This document shows, piece by piece, positions 49,431-58,033 of a stretch of 64,000 bases of DNA. Every line of letters starts with the position of its first letter. Within the stretch, counting starts at the first letter, position 1. Below the pieces are notes generated by a model that was not told where the DNA came from, made no database searches, and saw only the letters and a program-made list of their open reading frames with translations. Both the position numbers and the translations under genes were made by a program. Origin of the DNA: an uncultured Candidatus Saccharibacteria bacterium (lineage in GTDB: Bacteria > Patescibacteriota > Minisyncoccia > Phycocordibacterales > PALSA-1337); the NCBI GenBank assembly GCA_964357605.1, contig CAYHLX010000002.1:569-64568 (forward strand), written 5' to 3'.

Positions 49431-50600
49431 CTACACCTTTCCCATCACCTCTCTTATCTGTTGGGCAATGAGATTCCAATCGTATTTTTCTTTAACCATC
49501 TCTCTCGCATTCTTAATAATTTTATCCCTTAAATTAGCTTCTGTTATAAGCCTTTCGATTTGTCTGGCGATACTTTCTGGATTTTCCACTTCACAAAAAA
49601 GACCAGTTACTTCATCCTTTAAAAAATCCGGGATACCTCCAACAGGAGTCGCAATTACTGGAATATCCGCAGCCATCGCTTCTACAAATGAAATACCAAA
49701 CCCTTCAGAGAGAGATGAACGTACAAAGATATGAGAGACATGCAAATACATTGGCATTTCACGATGAGGTACAAACCCAACAAATCTCACTCGATCATCT
49801 AGTTTAAGTAAAGTAGTTTTTTCCTTCAGCGTCTTTTCTAGAGGACCAATACCGAGAATAAGCAGTTTGGTAGAAACAGGTAAGTAGATCAGGGAGTCAA
49901 TCAGATCTCCTACTCCATTTTTCTGAACAAGACGAGAAGTGGTGATAATCACGGTATCAAATGAATCCAGAGAAAGTTCATGTGCCAGAGCCTTCAATTG
50001 ACCAGTGGTAGGTTTTCTTGAAAAAAAGTTAAAATCAACCCCATTTGGGACAATATCGATCGGGCACTTAGCTCCCATCTTTCTCGCAAATTTCTCGAGA
50101 AAATGTGACAAAACATGGATTCTATCCGCTTTCTCAAAAATCTTAAGATAGAGTGGATACATCGGACCTAGAGCTTTCTTGATATGTTCAAAGGTATCCC
50201 CTTCCTGAAGATTTAGAATGAAAGGAATATTTTTGTGAACCATCTTGAAAAAGAGAGCCGAGAAAGCATTGAAACTAGCCATGATTGACCAGATGAAATC
50301 ATATTTCCTTTTTCTATGGAGTAAAAGAGCTTTAAAAAAGGCTGAGAAAACATACCGAGCTTTGATAAAAAAAGAAATATGGGGTATGGTAGTTCCCTGT
50401 ACAGCAATCTTTGGACCGACTCTGTAAACGTTCACATTTCCAATACGCTCAAATCTAGTCTTTCCAGCATAAAGAGTAACCATATCAAACTCAAAGTCGT
50501 TGGGTTGAATACGATCTGTTATTTCTTTTACCGCCACCTCCGCTCCTCCAATAAGATGGGGGTAATATGAAAGTGAAAATATCAAGGCTTTTTTTGTCAT
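49431..50600 (-). CDS. Glycosyltransferase family 4
   Basis: SLSEGFGISFVEAMAADIPVIATPVGGIPDFL. Confidence 0.8.
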   Translation of the reverse strand: MTKKALIFSLSYYPHLIGGAEVAVKEITDRIQPNDFEFDMVTLYAGKTRFERIGNVNVYRVGPKIAVQGTTIPHISFFIKARYVFSAFFKALLLHRKRKYDFIWSIMASFNAFSALFFKMVHKNIPFILNLQEGDTFEHIKKALGPMYPLYLKIFEKADRIHVLSHFLEKFARKMGAKCPIDIVPNGVDFNFFSRKPTTGQLKALAHELSLDSFDTVIITTSRLVQKNGVGDLIDSLIYLPVSTKLLILGIGPLEKTLKEKTTLLKLDDRVRFVGFVPHREMPMYLHVSHIFVRSSLSEGFGISFVEAMAADIPVIATPVGGIPDFLKDEVTGLFCEVENPESIARQIERLITEANLRDKIIKNAREMVKEKYDWNLIAQQIREVMGKV

Positions 50601-50604
50601 ATTC

Positions 50605-52263
50605 CTACTCTACCTTGAGAACATCTTTAAGTACATCCTCTGAAACTTCTTTTGAATGACTGTTTTGAGCTGATCTTAATTCTGGTTTTTTCTCTTCTTT
50701 TGGTTTAGGTATTGATCCTAGAACTGAAGCGAGGGCATTTCGTAATTCACTAACTCTTTCTGGACTAGCATCTTTTTGAGAAATTTTCTGTCCCGGCGAA
50801 GATACAGATTTAGGTTTTGGGGCCAAAGAAGAAAGAGGAACAGGGTGAGGTGTCTCAATTTTTTTTGGTGGAACGATTGGAGGAGGAGATGCAATGACGA
50901 TCTTTGGAGATACTGGTATGGGTGCAGGTGTAGGTATCGTAGGTGCAGAAGAAGCTTTTGGTCTAGGAGGCGGAGCAATAGGAACATGCCAATCAGCGAT
51001 AACCTTTTCTACTTCTGAACGTGTACCAGAAAACTGTTTTCGTGATGTCTCTATCACTTCTTTAGCATTTGAAACTTCTGGTTGAGGAATTGGTGGCAAA
51101 GTAGTAGCTGAAAAAGGTTGGGAACTAATGCCATCTATCATCAATTTCAAATATATTTGAGTAAAACCCAGATTGACAATATCTTCGGCGGTAAACTGCG
51201 GTGCAAATTCTTTTTCCAGAATTTCAGCATCATAAGCTCCAACTCGAAAAATAATCATAGTTCCCACGTTACCAAAAACCGCGGCTCTCACTTCCTCTTC
51301 CATCTGTTCTATATACTGATGGGCCAAAGTCAGATTTAATTTATATTTTCTCGCCTCCGAAAGAATATCGGCAAAAGATTCATTGGCAAAAGACTGAAAT
51401 TCATCTACAAAAAGATAGAAATTCGGCATTCCTTTTAGTACTCTATCTGGCACATCGGCTCGAGAAAGGGCTGCTAAATATATTTTGGTAATGAGCATAC
51501 CTCCGAGCAGATTGGCATTTGTTTCGCCGATCCTACCTTTTGAGAGGTTAATAATCATAATCTTCCTTTCATCCATAATCTGACGAATGTTGAAAGAAGA
51601 TTTTGACTGACCGATCATGTTTCGGATCAAAGCATTGGCTGTAAACTGCCCTATTTTGTTTTGGATAGCTGGCACCGCTTCAGCGGCCATTCTCTCTGTG
51701 TAGTTGGCAAATTCTTCCACCCAAAACGATCGTACCGAAGGATCTGTCACATGAGTAATGACTTTTTTCCTAAATTCTTTATCCGAAAGCATTCTGTTTA
51801 CACCCAGAAGCGTCGCATCTGGATATTCCAGAAGTGCCAAAAGAGTGTTGGTCAGAATGTATTCCATTCTGGCTGACCAGGCATCTTGCCAGATTTTTTT
51901 AAAGGTACTCATGAGTCCCGAAACCACTAGATGTCTCCGATCTGGCGCAACATTTTCTAGGACATTAAAGGAAATCGGATAATCGGTATCAAAGGGAGCA
52001 AAATAGACGACATCTTTGATACGTTCTGGTGGAACGTATTCTAGTAATAGATCCGCTGTTTTGCCGTGAGGATCGATAAAAGCCATTCCCTCCCCATTTT
52101 TGATATCCTGAACGGCCATATTTTCCAGTAAGGTGGACTTTCCCATACCAGTTTTTCCAATAACATAGACATGTCGAGTACGGTCTTTGGCCTTGATTCC
52201 AAATTTTACTTTTTTATTCCTAGCATCGGTCTGGCCAAAGTACGTTACTCTTTCTTCATTCAT
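50605..52263 (-). CDS. TraD/TraG/VirD4-like (T4SS coupling protein family / FtsK-HerA superfamily) P-loop ATPase, soluble, with Pro-rich C-terminal tail
   Basis: Walker A VIGKTGMGKSTLLENM and Walker B-like FYLFVDEFQSF. There are no predicted TM segments. The C-terminus is low-complexity (PPPRPKASSAPTIPTPAPIPVSPKIVIASPPPIVPP). Confidence 0.5.
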   Translation of the reverse strand: MNEERVTYFGQTDARNKKVKFGIKAKDRTRHVYVIGKTGMGKSTLLENMAVQDIKNGEGMAFIDPHGKTADLLLEYVPPERIKDVVYFAPFDTDYPISFNVLENVAPDRRHLVVSGLMSTFKKIWQDAWSARMEYILTNTLLALLEYPDATLLGVNRMLSDKEFRKKVITHVTDPSVRSFWVEEFANYTERMAAEAVPAIQNKIGQFTANALIRNMIGQSKSSFNIRQIMDERKIMIINLSKGRIGETNANLLGGMLITKIYLAALSRADVPDRVLKGMPNFYLFVDEFQSFANESFADILSEARKYKLNLTLAHQYIEQMEEEVRAAVFGNVGTMIIFRVGAYDAEILEKEFAPQFTAEDIVNLGFTQIYLKLMIDGISSQPFSATTLPPIPQPEVSNAKEVIETSRKQFSGTRSEVEKVIADWHVPIAPPPRPKASSAPTIPTPAPIPVSPKIVIASPPPIVPPKKIETPHPVPLSSLAPKPKSVSSPGQKISQKDASPERVSELRNALASVLGSIPKPKEEKKPELRSAQNSHSKEVSEDVLKDVLKVE

Positions 52264-52289
52264 AAAAAATATGAGTTTTATTTATATCT

Positions 52290-52298
52290 ATTTTAACA
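52290..52298 (-). promoter_or_regulatory. Extended -10 element (TGTTAAAAT on minus strand) upstream of the ATPase gene start at 52263
   Basis: Plus-strand attttaaca at 52290..52298 is TGTTAAAAT on the minus strand, about 27 nt upstream of the ATG. A weak -35 TTGGGT sits 19 nt further upstream. Confidence 0.3.
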
Positions 52299-52315
52299 TA
52301 AAAATCCTAAATATA

Positions 52316-52366
52316 CCCAAAAAACTGAAACCCCAGGGAGCGTGTGTATATTTACACTCCCTGGGG
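52316..52366 (-). terminator. Strong rho-independent terminator on minus strand (9-bp GC-rich stem ccccaggga/tccctgggg with inner gtgta/tacac stem, followed by UUUCAGUUUUUU)
   Basis: On the minus strand, gaccccagggagtgtaaatatacacacgctccctggggtttcagtttttt. It terminates minus-strand transcription coming through 52370..52730. Confidence 0.6.
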
Positions 52367-52369
52367 TCA

Positions 52370-52730
52370 AATAATGGACAAACACGAAACCAAGAAAACC
52401 AGTTCAAACTGTCCTGGTGGACATCACAGTAAAGTGATGCCGAAGCTGATCGCCCAATGTGGCCGGCCACCGGTGAAGCACATTAAGCAGAACCACACTG
52501 CGCCGATTCTCAGGAACTTTCCTGTTGATTTGAGTGACCACGTCCTTGGGGCTCATGCCCACCAGTTCAGGAACGAGGTCGAGGTCTGTACCTACCATGT
52601 TCTTTGCCATAACCGTAGTTTTTTCCCGTTTGTTTGTTGATAGGATAGGCTTTTTAGTGTTCTTGCCGAGAACACCACCCGTCCTATGACAGAGAGGAAC
52701 CGCCAAGATCAAATACTACTCTTTTCTTTC
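52370..52730 (-). other. GC-rich ~360-nt island between two minus-strand genes; candidate structured ncRNA or small horizontally acquired ORF (68-aa ORF 52404..52610, MAKNMVGTDLDLVPELVGMSPKDVVTQINRK...)
   Basis: The GC content is markedly higher than in the flanks. It contains the 12-bp palindrome gtggccggccac. It ends at the strong terminator. Neither the 68-aa minus ORF nor the 98-aa plus ORF looks like a known protein. Confidence 0.3.
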
Positions 52731-52736
52731 TAAAAA

Positions 52737-53915
52737 TCAATAGCCCTGTTGATAAGTCGTCGAAGCAACTTCATAAGCCTCTTTGGTATAAACATTCGAA
52801 GCATTCCACATCATCCAACTATTTAGACCAACATCATAGGTAGCCTGGATCTGATCACGCACCATTTGAGGGGTATAGACCACACCACCAATACTAAAGT
52901 CCTGTAACCAAGGACGAAGTTTGGCTGAGGTAGTACTGGCAAGTACAGCCCTGTCTACCGCTTTTGACATCGCATAATTAATAATTTCATAAGGCTTTTC
53001 AGCTGGCTTCTTAATACCATTAAAATTAGGGGGATAATGAGATGGATAAACCATCGGAGCTACATAGTCAAAATGCATTAGGGCGTGCTCAATGATCTGA
53101 CCAATACCAAGATCATCATTATTAGAAGTAGTCATTCCAAAAAGATCAGCTGAAATAGGAATCTTTTTTTCTTCAAAGACGCCGTCAAGGTGAGCAAAAA
53201 ACTCTTTCATAACCTGTGATTTAATCTTTCCCTCACTATATGGGTAGGCAATATCAAGCATGTTCCCATCAGAAGGAAAACGAATATAATCAAAATTCAA
53301 TTCATCAAAACCTTTAGCATAAGACTCCTCACCAATCGCCACAGTATAGTCCCAAACAGCCGTCGCTCCGGCATCCAGCCAACTTACCCCTTTATGATCC
53401 TTCCAGACTTGTCCAGCCTTATTTTTGACCGCATATTCAGGATGAGTTTTTACCAAAGAAGAATCTTGGAAAACGGAAATTCTCCCTATGACATAGATTC
53501 CTTTTTCATGAAGTTTACCGATAAACTCTTTGACGTCAGGAATACGATTTTCGACAGAACCAAACTTTTTTAATTCCGGATCATCTACCGTAAAACTGAT
53601 TTTGCCTGTGTAGTCCTTTATATCTATGACCACTGCATTGAGTTCAGTTTCATCTATTAACTTTACGAGATTGTCGCGAAGTTTAATATTCCCAGCCACC
53701 CAACTAGACATATATAAAGCTTTGACAGATTCTGGAGTACTCACATGAGTAACCCTAAAAGGAGCCGGGAGAAAAATCGTCGCGATCACTTCAACTGGAT
53801 TGACATAAACATCATAGTTAAGAGATTTACCAAAGCCAAAAAGAAAGATGGCTACAATCACAATTACTCCCAAAACCAATCCCAAACCTTTAGCCAACTT
53901 CTTTCGAGCCATCAC
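52737..53915 (-). CDS. Membrane-anchored putative glycoside-hydrolase-like TIM-barrel protein (DUF4015-like)
   Basis: An N-terminal signal anchor (LGLVLGVIVIVAIFLFGF). Conserved acidic and aromatic residues (FDELNFDYIRFPSDG) are typical of GH-like families. Confidence 0.5.
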   Translation of the reverse strand: MMARKKLAKGLGLVLGVIVIVAIFLFGFGKSLNYDVYVNPVEVIATIFLPAPFRVTHVSTPESVKALYMSSWVAGNIKLRDNLVKLIDETELNAVVIDIKDYTGKISFTVDDPELKKFGSVENRIPDVKEFIGKLHEKGIYVIGRISVFQDSSLVKTHPEYAVKNKAGQVWKDHKGVSWLDAGATAVWDYTVAIGEESYAKGFDELNFDYIRFPSDGNMLDIAYPYSEGKIKSQVMKEFFAHLDGVFEEKKIPISADLFGMTTSNNDDLGIGQIIEHALMHFDYVAPMVYPSHYPPNFNGIKKPAEKPYEIINYAMSKAVDRAVLASTTSAKLRPWLQDFSIGGVVYTPQMVRDQIQATYDVGLNSWMMWNASNVYTKEAYEVASTTYQQGY

Positions 53916-53916
53916 T

Positions 53917-54120
53917 TTATGATTCTTTATTATCTACAAAAGGTTGGTCTTCTTTTATTGTTTCTATTTTACCCTTGGATGAATCGAGTCTATAGGCAAT
54001 AACAATAATAATTACTCCAGAAATCACGGCTAAAATCTTATGCCAAAAAGAAGGAAGTCCCAGAAAAAGAAATGCCATAACCCAGATACCGATAATTGAA
54101 AGAAGTTGTCTTTTTGACAT
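53917..54120 (-). CDS. Small membrane protein (2 TM)
   Basis: 67 aa with two hydrophobic helices. It lies 1 nt upstream of the GH-like gene. Confidence 0.4.
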   Translation of the reverse strand: MSKRQLLSIIGIWVMAFLFLGLPSFWHKILAVISGVIIIVIAYRLDSSKGKIETIKEDQPFVDNKES

Positions 54121-54142
54121 AAAAAATATTATTTATAGATGA

Positions 54143-54173
54143 TTGAGACTATTATACACTGACATGGTAAAAT
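54143..54173 (+). promoter_or_regulatory. Putative sigma70 promoter with extended -10 (TTGAGA -35 at 54143..54148; TGGTAAAAT at 54165..54173) and RBS AAGGA at 54194..54198 for the gene starting at 54205
   Basis: The motifs were read directly from the sequence. The -35/-10 spacing is 19 nt, and the RBS sits 6 nt before the ATG. Confidence 0.35.
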
Positions 54174-54204
54174 AGTGCTAGGAAAACAGCATTAAGGAAA
54201 AGCA

Positions 54205-54639
54205 ATGAACACGAAGCTAAGTAGTTTGACTGAGAAAGACCTTCTTCAGTTTTTAGAAGCGGAGGCAGGTGCATCAATTTTTAAAGATAGCACCGGAAAA
54301 AACTTCATCGGAAGCATTGCAAGAATAGATCATTTGGTGAACAGTGAGAGTGTCGTCACAGAGATTAAGATCACCTTCAGGTGGATTCTTGAGGTGACAG
54401 TAATGATCATTCCTGTAAAAAATGGGATCAGGAAGAAAAAATGTAAACGCACCTTTGTTTCTCCTCGTGTAAAAACCAGGAGAGATAAGATGGTTGTACT
54501 GGTCCATGGCCAAACGATGGTGGACAAACTAACCCTATCCACCAGACACATTCATCGACTACTTATTGAAAGAGTCAGAGCGCGACACGAAAGGAGATTA
54601 CGCGCCCTGAAAAAAACAACCACAACCGCCAAGACCTGA
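54205..54639 (+). CDS. Hypothetical protein with basic C-terminal region
   Basis: 144 aa. A supported promoter and RBS lie upstream. The C-terminus is Arg/Lys-rich (RVRARHERRLRALKK). Confidence 0.4.
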   Translation: MNTKLSSLTEKDLLQFLEAEAGASIFKDSTGKNFIGSIARIDHLVNSESVVTEIKITFRWILEVTVMIIPVKNGIRKKKCKRTFVSPRVKTRRDKMVVLVHGQTMVDKLTLSTRHIHRLLIERVRARHERRLRALKKTTTTAKT

Positions 54640-54666
54640 GGTATGGCGGTTTGTTTTTTATAAAAA

Positions 54667-55347
54667 TTATTTAGACACAATCACCACAAACTCCCCTTTT
54701 TGCTTTTCTGGGGTCTCAGTCATTGTTTTTAGAACTTCTTCTGCCGTTCCCTGTATAACTTCTTCAAAAATTTTAGTAATTTCTCTCACTATTGTGACTT
54801 TTTTAGTAGTGCTAGAAAGATGTTCCGAAAGAGACTCTAGAGTTTTGATAATTCGATGAGTAGATTCATAGAAAACCATAGTTCTTTCTGAAACAGTAAT
54901 TTCTCTAAACAACGTCTCCCTTCCTTTCTTATGAGGCATAAATCCCAAGAAAATGAATTCATTCGTCGGCACACCAGCCACCGAAAGAGCAGCGGTCAGA
55001 GCTGATGGTCCGGGAATCGCTTCTATTTTTAGATCGGGATAAGTCTCTCTAATTCTAGAGATGAGGAGAGAGCCTGGATCAGATATCCCCGGTGTTCCAG
55101 CATCAGTTACAAGGGCGATATTTTTACCCTTTTCTATTTGCTCTAGGATAAGTTCGACTTTGGCTTCTCCACTTTGAGCATGGTAACTCAAGGTCGGAGT
55201 GGAAATGGCCTGTTTTTCAAAAAGTCTCTTGGTCACTCGAGTATCTTCACATAAGACTAGGTCCACCTCTTTGAGCAGACGAATAGCCCGAAGAGTGAGG
55301 TCTTCTAAGTTACCGATCGGAGTGGCAATAACATAAAATACGGCCAT
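54667..55347 (-). CDS. rsmI: 16S rRNA (cytidine1402-2'-O)-methyltransferase
   Basis: MAVFYVIATPIGNLEDLTLRAIRLLKEVDLVLCEDTRVTKRLF is the RsmI (tetrapyrrole-methylase fold) N-terminus. Confidence 0.85.
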   Translation of the reverse strand: MAVFYVIATPIGNLEDLTLRAIRLLKEVDLVLCEDTRVTKRLFEKQAISTPTLSYHAQSGEAKVELILEQIEKGKNIALVTDAGTPGISDPGSLLISRIRETYPDLKIEAIPGPSALTAALSVAGVPTNEFIFLGFMPHKKGRETLFREITVSERTMVFYESTHRIIKTLESLSEHLSSTTKKVTIVREITKIFEEVIQGTAEEVLKTMTETPEKQKGEFVVIVSK

Positions 55348-55369
55348 ATGATATATTGATTACACTATC

Positions 55370-56503
55370 ATGAAAAAGGGAGAAAACCCAACAATCTACG
55401 TCACTCGCGACCGAGAGAGAGCTTCTAGTATGCCCGAAAATGAGGCTTATTCCATTGTCTCTGGAGATAGCCTAAAAGATACTTTTGAGCTACTTTCTGA
55501 CCCAGAAGTGCAGGAAGAAATAAAAGAAAAGAAAGCCTCTGTCCTCGTATTTAAAAATAATCCACAAATAGAGAAGTATGCCAAAGAAAATGGAATCAAC
55601 CTCCTCAATCCCAGTGCGGCTCTGGCGGAAAAAATAGAGAACAAAATTACCCAAGTAGAGTGGTTGAGTAATTTAGTGGAACTTCTTCCATCTCATAAAA
55701 TAGATCTCGTAAAAAATATTAGCTGGGAAAAGAAGCCTTTTATCGTTCAGTGGTCTCATAGCCATACAGGCGACGGTACTCTCCTTATTCAAAAAGAAAA
55801 AGATTTGGAGGAAATTAAAAATAAGTTTCCCGAAAGAGATGCTCGCGTAACTGAATTCATCAAAGGACCAATGTTTACAGTAAACTCAGTGGTCTGTTCT
55901 GATAAAATTCTAGTGGGTAATATAAGCTATCAAATAACCGGCAATCTACCCTTTACAGAAAACCCTTTCAGTACGATTGGTAATGACTGGGGTCTAACCT
56001 ACAGCATCCTCACTGAAAGCCAGGTGCAGGAAATCACTAAAATGGCTCTCGTCATCGGAGAAAAGTTAAAAAAAGACGGCTGGAAAGGTCTTTTTGGTCT
56101 AGACGTGATTTATGATGAGGAAAGAGACAAATTATTTTTAATTGAAATAAACGCTCGCCAACCAGCCTCCACCACTTATGAATCAGAACTTCAAACTATT
56201 TTGAGAAGCGATGGTGTCCCAGGGATCACCACTTTTGAGGCTCACTTGGCTGCCCTCAAAGACGAACCTGTGACTGGTTCGTTAGTAGAAATCAATGATG
56301 GAGCGCAGATTATCCAGAGGGTCACAAATACAACAAAAAAACTTGATACTTCAAAACTAAAGCAAGCTGGGTACAAAGTAATTGAATATCCCAATACTAA
56401 ATTAAATTCTGATCTAGTTCGTATTCAAAGTCTACAAGGAATTATGGAGACTCACAATAAGTTTAATAAGAGAGGAAAAGAGATTGTGGAACTATTAGGA
56501 TAA
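55370..56503 (+). CDS. ATP-grasp fold protein (function unknown)
   Basis: LFLIEINARQPAST resembles the ATP-grasp (E/D)xN motif region. A central Gly-rich segment is also present. Confidence 0.5.
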   Translation: MKKGENPTIYVTRDRERASSMPENEAYSIVSGDSLKDTFELLSDPEVQEEIKEKKASVLVFKNNPQIEKYAKENGINLLNPSAALAEKIENKITQVEWLSNLVELLPSHKIDLVKNISWEKKPFIVQWSHSHTGDGTLLIQKEKDLEEIKNKFPERDARVTEFIKGPMFTVNSVVCSDKILVGNISYQITGNLPFTENPFSTIGNDWGLTYSILTESQVQEITKMALVIGEKLKKDGWKGLFGLDVIYDEERDKLFLIEINARQPASTTYESELQTILRSDGVPGITTFEAHLAALKDEPVTGSLVEINDGAQIIQRVTNTTKKLDTSKLKQAGYKVIEYPNTKLNSDLVRIQSLQGIMETHNKFNKRGKEIVELLG

Positions 56504-56513
56504 AAAAGAATTA

Positions 56514-56550
56514 GGCGTCCGAGAAGATTGCTCTTCAAGGACGCCCGTTT
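56514..56550 (+). terminator. Putative intrinsic terminator after the ATP-grasp gene (ggcgtcc...ggacgcc with inner gaaga/tcttc stem, then CGUUU)
   Basis: The hairpin starts 11 nt after the stop codon. The U-tract is weak. Confidence 0.3.
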
Positions 56551-57070
56551 GATCTCAATCGCCTGCTTTGCGATCGTTTTCTACTGATTGGGGAGACTCA
56601 CAGCAGAGTGGTTCCCCGCGGCGTACCAGTAGCTGAAAGGTCTCCGGTGATTAATGGACCTTCAGAAAAAACCTCTCTGGCCATTTGACGGCGCGGACGA
56701 AGAGGAAAAGGAGATGGAATTATCTTAACCATGCACCTTTATTTGACACGCGCAGCAATCGCGCTGTGGGGTGGGCAAGGTCAACCAATGACCCGGGGCC
56801 ACCGCCGTGCGATCCTGCGCAAACTCCCGAAACTTCGCAACCACTTGGGGCGAATGTGGGAGGGATCCGTAGCATTACCATTCTTAGCCCAACCTTTGTC
56901 AAAGGTCAAACGTCTTGGTATGGCACTTTTCTTGTGATGAACAACCCCTCAATCTTCATAACTTTTACTCTTTCACCAGCTTGCGCTAGTTTAGAGATAT
57001 TCAAGCCTGAGGTCGGCCGTAGGATCATAGACCCTCTGTTATGCTCTCAGACCAATAGTAAGTGAGATTT
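56551..57070. other. GC-rich ~520-bp noncoding island with multiple local hairpins; candidate structured RNA, gene remnant or foreign DNA
   Basis: The only ORFs present (56685..57065 plus strand, 56720..56902 minus strand) have non-protein-like, Pro/Gly/Arg-rich translations. Composition contrasts sharply with the AT-rich flanks at 57071..57238. Confidence 0.3.
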
Positions 57071-57238
57071 TGACATATTCCACTTTTCTTGTACCAGCGT
57101 GTCTAAGAGGTTAATGAACAACTTGCTGATAGTCGATATCCTAGCATATCTACAGAATTTGTCAAGTAACTGATGTAAAATAATAAAAATAGCCCTTTAT
57201 TGAGCCATATTTAAAAATATGTTATCTTTAAATCATTA

Positions 57239-58003
57239 ATGAATACCAAACTCCTCTCTGAAAAATCCTTGAGTGTGATAGATCAGTATCTCAACTTCAA
57301 CTTGGGTAGCGCCACTTGCCCTATTCCCTATTACAACAACAAAAAAACCGGTCTAAGAGGTAGTTTAAGAGTAATGGTAGGCAAAGGTAGCCCAAAAGAA
57401 ATCTTTGAAGAAGTTCGAGATTTTACCACCCTTGAAAAAATAGACACGAAAAACCTTGATTCAATGAGTCTGAAAAGAATCTTGGTAGAAAAAAATATTG
57501 GTATAGATTGTTCTGGACTGGCCTATTATGTTTTAAATGCTGAGAGTGAAAATCGTGACAAAGGGACGATCGACAAACATCTTTCTTTTGTAAATGCTCA
57601 CGGATTATTTTCAAAAATTAGAGCGAAAATAAACCCAGAAAAAAGTACGGATGTCGATACTCTAGCAGATAATAAAAACAGCCGAATCATCGAAACAAAA
57701 AAAATCGAACCAGGAGATATGATCACTATGACTAATGATCAGATCAATCATGTCCTCATCATCCACCAGATTGAATACCAAAACTTCATACCAGTCATCC
57801 TTCACTACACACATGCCATGGCTTGGCCAACAGATGGAGAATACGGACATGGTGTTAAACAAGGTACCATCGAAATTATTGAAATCAACAAACCACTAGT
57901 AGAACAAAGATGGATTGAGGCGGGAAAAACAGGAAACGATAACTATACTTTGTCTAGAGCCCAGAAATCCACAACCGAGATCCGACGCTTGAATTGGCTT
58001 TAA
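57239..58003 (+). CDS. Hypothetical protein, possible Cys/His hydrolase (NlpC/P60- or papain-like) with IDCSGL and downstream His motifs
   Basis: GIDCSGLAYYVLN resembles the NlpC/P60 catalytic Cys context. His candidates lie downstream (INHVLIIH). This is weak motif-level evidence. Confidence 0.35.
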   Translation: MNTKLLSEKSLSVIDQYLNFNLGSATCPIPYYNNKKTGLRGSLRVMVGKGSPKEIFEEVRDFTTLEKIDTKNLDSMSLKRILVEKNIGIDCSGLAYYVLNAESENRDKGTIDKHLSFVNAHGLFSKIRAKINPEKSTDVDTLADNKNSRIIETKKIEPGDMITMTNDQINHVLIIHQIEYQNFIPVILHYTHAMAWPTDGEYGHGVKQGTIEIIEINKPLVEQRWIEAGKTGNDNYTLSRAQKSTTEIRRLNWL

Positions 58004-58033
58004 TTTAGGCCGTTTACGTGCTAAAATAGCGCC

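Noticed and set aside
52370-52730. Assignment of the GC-rich island to RNase P RNA, tmRNA or SRP RNA.
   Set aside because: I could not find the P4 consensus (GGAAAGUCCGG...CCGGCUUA), a tmRNA T-arm/CCA end, or the SRP domain IV GGAA/AGCAGCC motif. Only loose resemblances turned up, e.g. caggaaagttcctgag. It is left as an unclassified candidate pending a covariance-model search.
56551-57070. Protein-coding interpretation of ORFs 56685..57065 (+), 56720..56902 (-) and 56731..56937 (+).
   Set aside because: The translations are Pro/Gly/Arg-rich and low-complexity, without hydrophobic-core periodicity. They overlap each other in a GC-rich block. This is typical of spurious ORFs in high-GC noncoding or RNA sequence.
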